The position numbers were made by a program, and so were the translations under genes. Below, one piece after another: positions 9,591 through 17,595 of a DNA stretch of 64,000 nucleotides. How positions within the stretch are numbered: position 1 is the stretch's first letter; each line of letters begins with the position of its first letter. The DNA comes from Chloroflexota bacterium (GTDB lineage Bacteria > Chloroflexota > Anaerolineae > Anaerolineales > UBA11858): assembly GCA_016865865.1 (NCBI GenBank), contig VGOC01000003.1, forward strand, positions 24,938 to 88,937. Direction: 5' to 3'. The notes beneath the pieces are model-generated. The model was not told the DNA's origin. It saw only the letters and a list, made by a program, of their open reading frames with translations, and did not search any database.

Positions 9591-9686
9591 GGACGCGGAT
9601 AAACGCGGATTTACGCGGAAATTCAAAAATGAATCCGCGTTCTTCCGCGCTCGCTTGCACTAAGCGAAGTCGAAGTGTCCGCGTCC
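9591..9686. repeat. Family C repeat, full palindromic copy (C2)
   Basis: GGACGCGGATAAACGCGGATTTACGCGGAA...TTCCGCGCTCGCTTGCACTAAGCGAAGTCGAAGTGTCCGCGTCC with terminal inverted GGACGCGGA/TCCGCGTCC. Confidence 0.8.
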
Positions 9687-9701
9687 AATGGAAAAGCCAT
9701 C

Positions 9702-10625
9702 ATGCTGCGAAAGCTGCGAGAAGATAGATCTTTCCAGGGCGCGGTGCTGATCTCGCCCACGCTGCTCTTCATGATTGGGCTGCTGATCATCCCCCTGCTG
9801 CTCACCCTGGTGATCAGCTTCGGCAGCCGCGCCCCCGATGGCACGGTGATCTACGGTTTCTCGTTCGATAACTATGTGCGCCTCTCCGGGGTGCGCACCG
9901 AATGCGACAATGGCAAGTCGCTCTGCCTCGACCCGATCTACATCCAAATCCTGTCGCGCTCGCTGAGCCTGGCTTTCAACACGACCGTGCTGGCGATCCT
10001 GATGGCCTATCCGCTGGCTTACTTCATCGCCCGCGCCCCGGCCAGAAAACGCAACACATTTCTCTTTTTGATCCTGGTGCCGATGTGGACGAACTTCATC
10101 ATCCGCGTCTACGCCTGGATGATGCTGCTGCGCACGCAGGGAGTGATCAACAGCGTCATCGGCTGGCTGGCTGGATTGGTGGGACTGCACTTCACGCCCT
10201 TCGAGATGCTCTACACCCAGGGAGCGGTGCTGGTCGGCATGGTTTATGAGTTCCTGCCCTTTATGATCTTGCCGATCTATACCTCGCTGGAGAAAATCGA
10301 GCTTTCGCTCTACGAAGCCTCGGCAGACCTGGGGGCGCGCCCTTTCCGTACCTTCCTGCGCATGACGCTGCCGCTTTCTATACCGGGGGTGGTCGCCGGG
10401 ACGATCCTGGTTTTCGTGCCGGTGATGGGCACCTTCATCGTCTCCGATTTGCTCGGTGGGCGGCAGATTGTGCTGGTGGGCAACCTGATCCAGAACCAGT
10501 TCCTCATCGCCCGCGACCCCACCTTTGGCTCGGCGGCTTCGCTGATGCTGATGACTCTGACGCTGATCGTGACCTATTTCTACACACGCAAATTCGGCTT
10601 CGGGGAGGAGATCGTGACCGCATGA
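9702..10625 (+). CDS. potB: Spermidine/putrescine ABC transporter permease
   Basis: ORF 9675..10625 trimmed to the first in-frame ATG (aa 10), because upstream codons lie in repeat C2. Multi-TM with an EAA-like loop [17 protein letters not shown]. Confidence 0.85.
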   Translation: MLRKLREDRSFQGAVLISPTLLFMIGLLIIPLLLTLVISFGSRAPDGTVIYGFSFDNYVRLSGVRTECDNGKSLCLDPIYIQILSRSLSLAFNTTVLAILMAYPLAYFIARAPARKRNTFLFLILVPMWTNFIIRVYAWMMLLRTQGVINSVIGWLAGLVGLHFTPFEMLYTQGAVLVGMVYEFLPFMILPIYTSLEKIELSLYEASADLGARPFRTFLRMTLPLSIPGVVAGTILVFVPVMGTFIVSDLLGGRQIVLVGNLIQNQFLIARDPTFGSAASLMLMTLTLIVTYFYTRKFGFGEEIVTA

Positions 10626-11503
10626 ACCCGCATCGCCGTTCTCCCCTGGTCATCGTCTCTACCGTGCTGGTGTATTTCTTCCTGTATGCGCCGGTGGTGG
10701 TTTTATTTCTGTTCGCCTTCAATTCCTCGAAGACCAACGTGCTCTTCGAGGGATTCATCACCCAGGTCGGCCCGACGGAAATCGTCTCCGGGAACGTCAT
10801 TCGGAGTCCCTGCGGCGCGTTCCACTGGTTCTGCGAGCTGGCCAGGAATGTCGAAGTGCGCAACGCCGCCCGAAATACGCTGACCATCGCCTTTGTCTCG
10901 ACGATCACTTCGACCATCATCGGCACGCTGGCGGCGATAGCCTTGCAGCGTTACAGCTTCAGGCTGAAGACCTTTTCGGAGGTTTCGCTGTATATCCCCA
11001 TCGTCATCCCGGAGATTGTGATGGGCATCGGCATTCTGGTCTTGTTCAGTCAGTTGTTTACCCTATTGAACAACACCCTCAGCCTGAGCGGCGACAGCCA
11101 GCTTACCCTGGGATTGGGAACCGTCATCGTTTCGCACATCGCCTTCAGCATCCCCTTTGTGACGCTGGTGGTGCGAGCGCGCCTGCACGGTTTCGACAAG
11201 GCGATCGAGGAGGCCTCGATGGATTTGGGCGCTAACGAAATCATCACTTTCTGGCGTGTGACGCTGCCCTCGATTATGCCGGGGGTGCTCTCCGGGGCGC
11301 TGCTAGCTTTCACTCTCTCACTGGATGATTTCGTGATCACTTTCTTCACCACCGGGCCTGGCGCCTCCACGCTGCCGATCTATGTTTATGGGCTGCTGCG
11401 CCGCATCGTCACCCCCCAGGTCAACGCCCTCTCGGCGGTGTGGATTTCGATTGTGCTGGTGGTCGTCTTCTTCACGCAGCGCCTGCAAAGCCGCCAAATG
11501 TAG
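10622..11503 (+). CDS. potC: Spermidine/putrescine ABC transporter permease
   Basis: ATGA overlap with potB. EAA loop [23 protein letters not shown], 293 aa. Confidence 0.85.
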   Translation: MNPHRRSPLVIVSTVLVYFFLYAPVVVLFLFAFNSSKTNVLFEGFITQVGPTEIVSGNVIRSPCGAFHWFCELARNVEVRNAARNTLTIAFVSTITSTIIGTLAAIALQRYSFRLKTFSEVSLYIPIVIPEIVMGIGILVLFSQLFTLLNNTLSLSGDSQLTLGLGTVIVSHIAFSIPFVTLVVRARLHGFDKAIEEASMDLGANEIITFWRVTLPSIMPGVLSGALLAFTLSLDDFVITFFTTGPGASTLPIYVYGLLRRIVTPQVNALSAVWISIVLVVVFFTQRLQSRQM

Positions 11504-11580
11504 GACAGATTGCCAATCTGTCCTACTCCCAGCGCTTGCAAAGCCGCCAGGCGTAGGACAGGTTGGCAACCTGTTCTACA
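11477..11580. repeat. Tandem ~52-bp duplication of the potC 3' end, each unit carrying a hairpin (Family E)
   Basis: CAGCGCCTGCAAAGCCGCCAAATGTAGGACAGATTGCCAATCTGTCCTAC followed by CAGCGCTTGCAAAGCCGCCAGGCGTAGGACAGGTTGGCAACCTGTTCTAC. Hairpins at 11500-11526 and 11553-11579. Confidence 0.85.
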
Positions 11581-11641
11581 AAAGCCCATATTGCTGCATA
11601 ATGCAGTCACTATTGGTCAAGGAATGCAAGTAGAGTGTAAA

Positions 11642-12010
11642 ATGTCTAATGTTACCATACGGGCGCGCATCAGCCCTGAACTCAAGCGAGAAGCCGAGGC
11701 CGTTTTTGAGGTCATCGGTATGACCACCGCGGGAGCCATTCGTGTCTTTTTGAAACAGGCTGGCAACAGCGGTGGGCTTCCCTTTCCGCCGGTTGCCAGG
11801 AAGCCCAACGCCGAGACTCTAGCAGCGATGATGGAGTTGGAAGATGGCGGTGGGCAAACGTTCCAAACCACGGATGAATTGTTTGCCGATTTGAACGCCT
11901 TCGTCGAAACGCGAATGAACGCGGACAAACGGAAATATCCATGTTTTCCGCGTTCGTCCGCATCCTATGCAAGAAGACCTTTCAACCCATATTTTTACAG
12001 GAGGAAGTAA
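11642..12010 (+). CDS. RelB/DinJ family antitoxin (ribbon-helix-helix), orphan, with a repeat-derived C-terminal extension
   Basis: MSNVTIRARISPELKREAEAVFEVIGMTTAGAIRVFLKQAGNSGGLPF...PNAETLAAMMELEDG...DELFADLN parallels E. coli DinJ (VRARIDEDLK...LPF...PN...DADDLFDKLGI). ATG at aa 45 of ORF 11510..12010. The stop overlaps the potD ATG (TAATG). Confidence 0.75.
   Translation: MSNVTIRARISPELKREAEAVFEVIGMTTAGAIRVFLKQAGNSGGLPFPPVARKPNAETLAAMMELEDGGGQTFQTTDELFADLNAFVETRMNADKRKYPCFPRSSASYARRPFNPYFYRRK
11913..11963. repeat. Family C-related GCGGA-rich palindrome inside the dinJ-like 3' extension
   Basis: GAACGCGGACAAACGG...CCGCGTTCGTCCGC; GAACGCGGA pairs with TCCGCGTTC. Confidence 0.6.
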
Positions 12011-13158
12011 TGAAAAACTCAACCTTTTGGAAATTGCTGGCAGCCATGATGGTATTCAGCCTGCTGTTGGCGGCCTGCGGAGGCAAGGCACCTGCCGCGG
12101 GCGAGGCTGAAGAATTCGTCACCGGTTCGGGATTCGTGTGTCCGGAACCGCAACCGCGCCTCGAGGTGACCTCTCAGGAGTTCAATCTCTTCGTGTGGAC
12201 GGAGTACATCCCCGTCGAGTGGAAGGAATGTTTCGAGAAGGTTTACGGCATCAAAGTGAACCACGATGAGTATTCTAGCAACGAGGAGATGTACGCCAAA
12301 CTCTCCGCCGGCGCCACGACCTACGATCTGATTCTACCCACCGACTACATTGTCTCGTTGATGGTCGGCCAGGGGATGCTCCAACCGTGGGATCATGCCA
12401 AACTGCCGATGCTGGCGAATATCAACCCCGGCTACATGGATCTGCCCTTCGATCCCGGTAATAAGTACACCATCCCCTACATGGCCGGCACGGATGCCAT
12501 GGTCTACAATGCGGAGCGCGTCGCAACCCCGCCGACCTCCTGGGCCGATCTGTGGAATCCCGATTATGCTGGTCGCTTGGTGTTGCTCGATGACCCCCGC
12601 GTGGTGATCGGCTTCACGTTGCTGACCCTGGGCTACGATCTCAACACCAAAGACCCCGCTCAATTGGAAGAGGCCAAAGCGAAACTGTTGGAGCTGATCC
12701 CCAATGTCAAGCTCTTCGATAGCGACAGCCCCAAGACGGCCCTGATCGCCGGAGACGTGGATTTGGGCAATGTCTGGAACGGCGAGGCCTTCACTGCCCA
12801 GCAGGAAGATCCCAATTTCGAGTATGTCTTCCCGAGCGAAGGCACCATCCTGTGGCAGGATAACTGGGCCATCCCGGCCAGCGCCCCGCACCTAGACGCC
12901 GTCTATGCATGGGTGAACTATATCGAGCAGGGTGAAATGTTCTGGATGATGCTGCGTGACTTCCCCTACACCGTGCCCAACGCTGCTGCCCTGGAATACG
13001 CCAAAGCCAACCAGACCGAGTTATACGATGCCTATGTCAACTCGCCGATCACCAACACGCCCGCCGATGTGCTGGCAAACGGCTTCTTCATGGAAGATGT
13101 CGGCGAGGCCACCCCGCTCTACGACCAGATTTGGACCGAGGTCAAGGGCGAGGAGTAA
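12010..13158 (+). CDS. potD: Spermidine/putrescine ABC transporter substrate-binding lipoprotein
   Basis: ORF 11941..13158 trimmed to MKNSTFWKLLAAMMVFSLLLAACGG (lipobox LLAAC) with an AGGAGGA RBS. PotD/PotF-like motifs follow (LFVWTEYIP, YDLILPTDY). Confidence 0.85.
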   Translation: MKNSTFWKLLAAMMVFSLLLAACGGKAPAAGEAEEFVTGSGFVCPEPQPRLEVTSQEFNLFVWTEYIPVEWKECFEKVYGIKVNHDEYSSNEEMYAKLSAGATTYDLILPTDYIVSLMVGQGMLQPWDHAKLPMLANINPGYMDLPFDPGNKYTIPYMAGTDAMVYNAERVATPPTSWADLWNPDYAGRLVLLDDPRVVIGFTLLTLGYDLNTKDPAQLEEAKAKLLELIPNVKLFDSDSPKTALIAGDVDLGNVWNGEAFTAQQEDPNFEYVFPSEGTILWQDNWAIPASAPHLDAVYAWVNYIEQGEMFWMMLRDFPYTVPNAAALEYAKANQTELYDAYVNSPITNTPADVLANGFFMEDVGEATPLYDQIWTEVKGEE

Positions 13159-13169
13159 CAAAACCTTTA

Positions 13170-13235
13170 CCGCAGAGAGCGCTGAATGCGCAGAGAGTTT
13201 GTTATTTTTCTCAGCGTTCTCTTCGTACTCTGCGG
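13170..13235. repeat. Family D palindromic repeat (CCGCAGAG...CTCTGCGG)
   Basis: CCGCAGAGAGCGCTGAATGCGCAGAGAG...CTCTTCGTACTCTGCGG; related copy at 60821-60887. Confidence 0.75.
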
Positions 13236-13265
13236 TTGAATGCACAAAAACGCGAGGAGGCCATT

Positions 13266-15200
13266 ATGGCTTATGGATATGCTGGAAAAATTCTGCACGT
13301 TGATTTGACGCGCGGCGCGCTGACCATCGAAGAGCCGCCGGAAGCGTTTTACCGCAAGTACCTGGGTGGCAGCGCCATGGGCTTGCATTATATTTTAAAA
13401 GAGATGCCCGCCGGCGCAGACCCGCTCGGCCCGGAGAATGTGCTCACCTTGATGCTAGGTGTGACCACCGGCGCGGCCATCTCTGGCCAGAGCCGCGTGA
13501 ACGCTAACGCCAAATCACCGATCAGCAGCGGCATCGGCGATTCACAGGGCGGCGGTTTCTTCCCTGCCGAGATGAAATTCGCCGGCTTCGATGGCATTGT
13601 CGTCAAGGGCAAGTCTCCAAAGCCAGTATATCTCTCCATCATCGAGGGCCAGCCTGAACTGCGCGACGCCAGCCACCTGATGGGCAAGATCACCGGCGAG
13701 GTAGAAGCCATCCTCGAGGAGGAAATCGGCGACGATAAGATCGAAATCCTGCAGCACGGGCCGGCTGCCGAAAAAGGTGTTCTGTTCTCGTCGCTGGTCA
13801 GTATGTCGAACCGCAACAATGGGCGCACGGGCATGGGGCTGGTGATGGCGAGCAAGAATCTCAAGGCCGTGGTAGTGCGCGGCGCGAAGAAGCCCAAACT
13901 GGCCGACCCCAAAGCCCTGACAGCCCTCAACCGCCTGGGGCCAGAATGGCTGCCCGATAATCCCGATATGGTCGGTCTGGGCAAATACGGCACCGCCAGC
14001 GTGGTCATGCCGCAGAACTCTTTTGGCACGCTGCCAACCCGCAATTACAACGAAGGCCAGTTCGAGGGCTGCGAACCGATCAGCGGCGAGGTGATGTACG
14101 ACACCGTGCTGCGCGGCGCCGCGGAGGGCAAACAGGATAAGCTGGGCCGCGATACCTGCTACGCCTGTGTGGTGCGCTGCAAGCGCACGGTCGAGATCAG
14201 CGATGAGCAGTATAAAGTCAACCCGCGCTATGGCGGCCCGGAATACGAGACCCTGGGCACTTTCGGCTCGTACTGCGGCATTGACGACCTGGCGGCGGTC
14301 TGCCTGGCGAATGAGATCTGCAACCAGTATGGCGTGGATACGATTGCCTGCGGGGCGACGATTGCCTTTGCGATGGAGTGCTTCGAGAAGGGCGTCATCG
14401 GCTTGCAGCAGACCAGCGGCGTGGAGTTGCGCTTTGGTAACGTGGATGCGATGCTGGTCGCTCTGCGAATGATTGTTCACAAAGAGGGCGCGCTGGGAAG
14501 GGCGTTGGCCCAAGGCTCGGAGCGGGCGGCCAGACTCTGGGGGAATGGCGCGGATGAGTGTCTGATTACCGTCAAGGGCGCAGAGGCCCCGGCGCACATG
14601 CCGCAGGCCAAACGTTCCCTGGGGCTGATCTACGCCGTCAACCCCTTCGGCGCCGACCACCAATCCAGCGAGCACGACTGGATGTACGAAGAGGGCATGG
14701 CGACCAATCTATACCTGGGAAGGCTGGCGATGCTCGGCTTGAACGAGGTCCAACCAGCGATGAGCCTCGGCCCAGAGAAAGCGCGCTACGCTTACCTGAC
14801 GCATGTCTTCTACTCGATGCTGGACTCCGCCGAGTTGTGCCAGTTCGTCTGGGGGCCAGCCTGGACGCTCTATGGGCCGGCTGAGGTGGTCGAATTGCTG
14901 CGCGCAGTGACAGGCTGGGAGATGAGCCTGGACGAATTAATGGCTGTGGGCGCCCGCCGCCTGAATCTGATGCGCGTCTTCAACGCCCGCGAGGGGTTGA
15001 CCCGTGAGCACGATAGGCTGCCCAAGAAGTTCTTCGAGACGCTGCAAGGCGAAGGCCCCACCGCTGGGATTGCCCTCGATGAAGCCGAAATAGAGACCGC
15101 CATCAGCCGATACTACGAGTTTGCCGGTTGGACATCGGATGGCATCCCCACCACCGCGACGCTCGAAAAGCTCGATCTGGCGTGGGCGGCGGAGGTGTAG
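13266..15200 (+). CDS. Aldehyde:ferredoxin oxidoreductase (AOR family, tungsto/molybdopterin + 4Fe-4S)
   Basis: ORF 13131..15200 trimmed to MAYGYAGKILHVDLTRG (GAGGAGG RBS). AOR N-terminal domain, then GMGLVMASKNLKAVVVRG and the cluster motif CYACVVRC. Confidence 0.9.
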   Translation: MAYGYAGKILHVDLTRGALTIEEPPEAFYRKYLGGSAMGLHYILKEMPAGADPLGPENVLTLMLGVTTGAAISGQSRVNANAKSPISSGIGDSQGGGFFPAEMKFAGFDGIVVKGKSPKPVYLSIIEGQPELRDASHLMGKITGEVEAILEEEIGDDKIEILQHGPAAEKGVLFSSLVSMSNRNNGRTGMGLVMASKNLKAVVVRGAKKPKLADPKALTALNRLGPEWLPDNPDMVGLGKYGTASVVMPQNSFGTLPTRNYNEGQFEGCEPISGEVMYDTVLRGAAEGKQDKLGRDTCYACVVRCKRTVEISDEQYKVNPRYGGPEYETLGTFGSYCGIDDLAAVCLANEICNQYGVDTIACGATIAFAMECFEKGVIGLQQTSGVELRFGNVDAMLVALRMIVHKEGALGRALAQGSERAARLWGNGADECLITVKGAEAPAHMPQAKRSLGLIYAVNPFGADHQSSEHDWMYEEGMATNLYLGRLAMLGLNEVQPAMSLGPEKARYAYLTHVFYSMLDSAELCQFVWGPAWTLYGPAEVVELLRAVTGWEMSLDELMAVGARRLNLMRVFNAREGLTREHDRLPKKFFETLQGEGPTAGIALDEAEIETAISRYYEFAGWTSDGIPTTATLEKLDLAWAAEV

Positions 15201-15264
15201 AGCCTATTACTCGACGTTAGCGATCTGAAAATGAGGCGGGACGATCAGTTCGGTGTGCAGCATC

Positions 15265-16410
15265 TCAGCCGCTTTGGGCAAGAAGATCTCTTCCGAAGAG
15301 CAGGAAGGCCCCCAAAGCGGTCAGCACACCCACCCCAATCGCGCCGTACATCCCAGCCACGCCCAGGCCGTCTATCAGCAAGCCGCCCAGCAATCCCCCT
15401 CCTGCTACGCCGAAGCCCATTAAAAAGCAGCCCAGTACTCCCTGAGCGGTGGCGCTCGATCCCGGTGGGGTGTTTCGTGAGGCAAAGTTCACCCCCGCCA
15501 CCCACAGGGCCGGGAAAGTCAGCCCGTGGAACGCCTGAATAGCCAGGACGAATTCAGGTCTGGCAGAAAAGGCGTACAACATGCAACGCAAACCGGTGAC
15601 CCCCATTGCCAGTGAAAGCAAACCGCGGCTTCCGAACTTCTGCAGCAGGCGGTTGGAGAAGAACATCACGGGCAGCTCGAAGATCGTCGAGATTGTCAGG
15701 GCGACTCCCACTAAACCTTTGCTGGCGCCCATTTCGTCCAACAGCAACGCCAGGTAGTTGGTGTGGGCGGACAGGCCGATGGCGGCGACGATGATCATCC
15801 CCAGAAAGAGCTGCCATTGCCGGTTGGCCAGCACGGCGCGCAGCCCCTGCCAGAAAGGCGTCGTCGAGGCGCTGTGTGGGAATTCCAGGCGTTGGATGGG
15901 GACCAGGGTGATGATGATCAGGGCTGCATAGATCCAAAACATCCATTGTAATCCCAGACGTTGGAAAAGCTCACCGGCCAGGGGCGCGCACAGCCCCCAA
16001 CCGATGGTGCCCCATAGGCGGATACGCCCATATTCATCCCTCCGATCGCCCAACATGGAAAGGGTGGCGCTGTCTATCAAGGCTATGATCGGCGCTGAGA
16101 AGAAGGCCAGGCCGAGGATGGCCAAAAGCAGCAAGGCAAATGAACCGATTACTGGGATGAGCAGGTTCACCCCTGCGGCAGCGACCAGGGTCGTTGTCAA
16201 CACTGTTCGATGGCACTGCCGGGAATCGGCCAGTCCCGTCCAGAATGGCGAGGCGAACAGGGTCACCAGTGGTGAGACGCTGAGCAGCAAGCCGATCTGG
16301 CTGCCCGAAAGCCCCAGGGATTGATAATAGAGCGCCAGGAAGGGTACCACCGCGGCGATGGCAGCGAAGTACAGAAAATAGATGATCGAAGACCAGGTGT
16401 GCGCGCGCAT
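15265..16410 (-). CDS. MFS transporter (MFS_1_like / nucleoside-sugar symporter-like)
   Basis: 381 aa, about 12 predicted TM segments. TGATG overlap with the upstream SIS gene. Confidence 0.8.
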   Translation of the reverse strand: MRAHTWSSIIYFLYFAAIAAVVPFLALYYQSLGLSGSQIGLLLSVSPLVTLFASPFWTGLADSRQCHRTVLTTTLVAAAGVNLLIPVIGSFALLLLAILGLAFFSAPIIALIDSATLSMLGDRRDEYGRIRLWGTIGWGLCAPLAGELFQRLGLQWMFWIYAALIIITLVPIQRLEFPHSASTTPFWQGLRAVLANRQWQLFLGMIIVAAIGLSAHTNYLALLLDEMGASKGLVGVALTISTIFELPVMFFSNRLLQKFGSRGLLSLAMGVTGLRCMLYAFSARPEFVLAIQAFHGLTFPALWVAGVNFASRNTPPGSSATAQGVLGCFLMGFGVAGGGLLGGLLIDGLGVAGMYGAIGVGVLTALGAFLLFGRDLLAQSG

Positions 16411-17456
16411 CAGTGGGTGCGGGTGATTTTGTTCAGGCCGCGCGGCTGGTCTGGATCATAGCCCTTCGCCAAAGCGAGATGGCAGGTGAACAACTGGGCC
16501 AGGACGATGTTCACGATGGGGGTCAGCCATTCAGGGATGCCGCTGGTCAACGGGATGGGGGATTGCGCCAGCCCCAGGATCAACTCATCGTCGGAGATGA
16601 CCACCAGTTCGACCTGATGCCCCTCGCGCAGGGTTGTGAGCATCCCTGACATCGAGGGGAAGACCTGCCCGCGGGGAGCCACTGCCAGCACGGGGAAGCC
16701 CCCTTCGACCATGGCGATCGGCCCATGCTGGAAATCTGCCGACGAGTACGGCTCAGCGATGATATAGGTTAGTTCTTTCAACTTCAAGGCCCATTCGAAG
16801 GCCGTGGCATAGTTGAAGCCACGCCCCAGAACGACGCATTGATCCATATAACGATAACGCTGCGCCATATGGACGATGGATTCATCCTGTTCGAGGGCTT
16901 GTGCAACCCACCTGGGGACTTTTTCCAACTCAGCCCAGCGGGCAGGATCAGGAGCCAGGGCGACTGAGAGCATGGCGATAGCAGCTAATTGGGCGGTGTA
17001 TGACTTCGTGGCGGCAACGGCCTGCTCTTCGCCAGCCTGTATGTCGAAGACCAGGTCGGCGCGCTCCGTCAGTGGGGAGTCGGGTGCGTTGGTGATCGCC
17101 AGCGTCAGGCAGCCTTGCTCGCGCCCCTCGTTTAGCACGCTGATGATATCTGGCGAGAATCCCGACTGGGAGACGCCGACGACCAGGGCGCTTCGAAGGG
17201 AGGGCGGCGATTTGTAATAGGTGAACAGGGAGGGTGTTGCCAGGGCTATAGGGTAACGATTGTGTGCGCCCCACAGATAGTTGGCGTAGCGACCGGCGTT
17301 GTCTGAGGAGCCGCGCGCCGTCAGGAAAACATAGCGAATATCGCGCGCCTGAATAGCCTCGGCAATGGCGCAGGCAGCCTGACGTTGATTGTGGATCAGG
17401 GCTTGCAGGCGATCAGGTTGTTCGAAGATCTCTTGGTATAGAGAATAAGGCCGCAT
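16410..17456 (-). CDS. Tandem SIS-domain protein (GlmS isomerase-domain-like; candidate GlcN-6-P deaminase NagB-II/GlmD type)
   Basis: 348 aa with YVFLTARGSSDNAGRYANYL and VGVSQSGFSPDII SIS motifs. No glutaminase domain is present. Confidence 0.75.
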   Translation of the reverse strand: MRPYSLYQEIFEQPDRLQALIHNQRQAACAIAEAIQARDIRYVFLTARGSSDNAGRYANYLWGAHNRYPIALATPSLFTYYKSPPSLRSALVVGVSQSGFSPDIISVLNEGREQGCLTLAITNAPDSPLTERADLVFDIQAGEEQAVAATKSYTAQLAAIAMLSVALAPDPARWAELEKVPRWVAQALEQDESIVHMAQRYRYMDQCVVLGRGFNYATAFEWALKLKELTYIIAEPYSSADFQHGPIAMVEGGFPVLAVAPRGQVFPSMSGMLTTLREGHQVELVVISDDELILGLAQSPIPLTSGIPEWLTPIVNIVLAQLFTCHLALAKGYDPDQPRGLNKITRTH

Positions 17457-17472
17457 TTTCTCTGCTCATCAT

Positions 17473-17593
17473 GAGTTCACTGAAAAAACTTCTGAACGAT
17501 GGGGCGGGGCGGCATATATGGGGGTGCGTGCGCAGCACGCACCCCCATATATGCCGCCCCGCATCCTCTACTCGTAGTTTGTTCAATGGACTC
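17473..17593. repeat. Family A palindromic repeat, full copy
   Basis: GAGTTCACTGAAAAAACT...GGGGCGGGGCGGCATATATGGGGGTGCGTGCGCAGCACGCACCCCCATATATGCCGCCCCG... fills the whole gap between the GH3 stop (17596) and the SIS start (17456). Confidence 0.9.
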
Positions 17594-17595
17594 CA

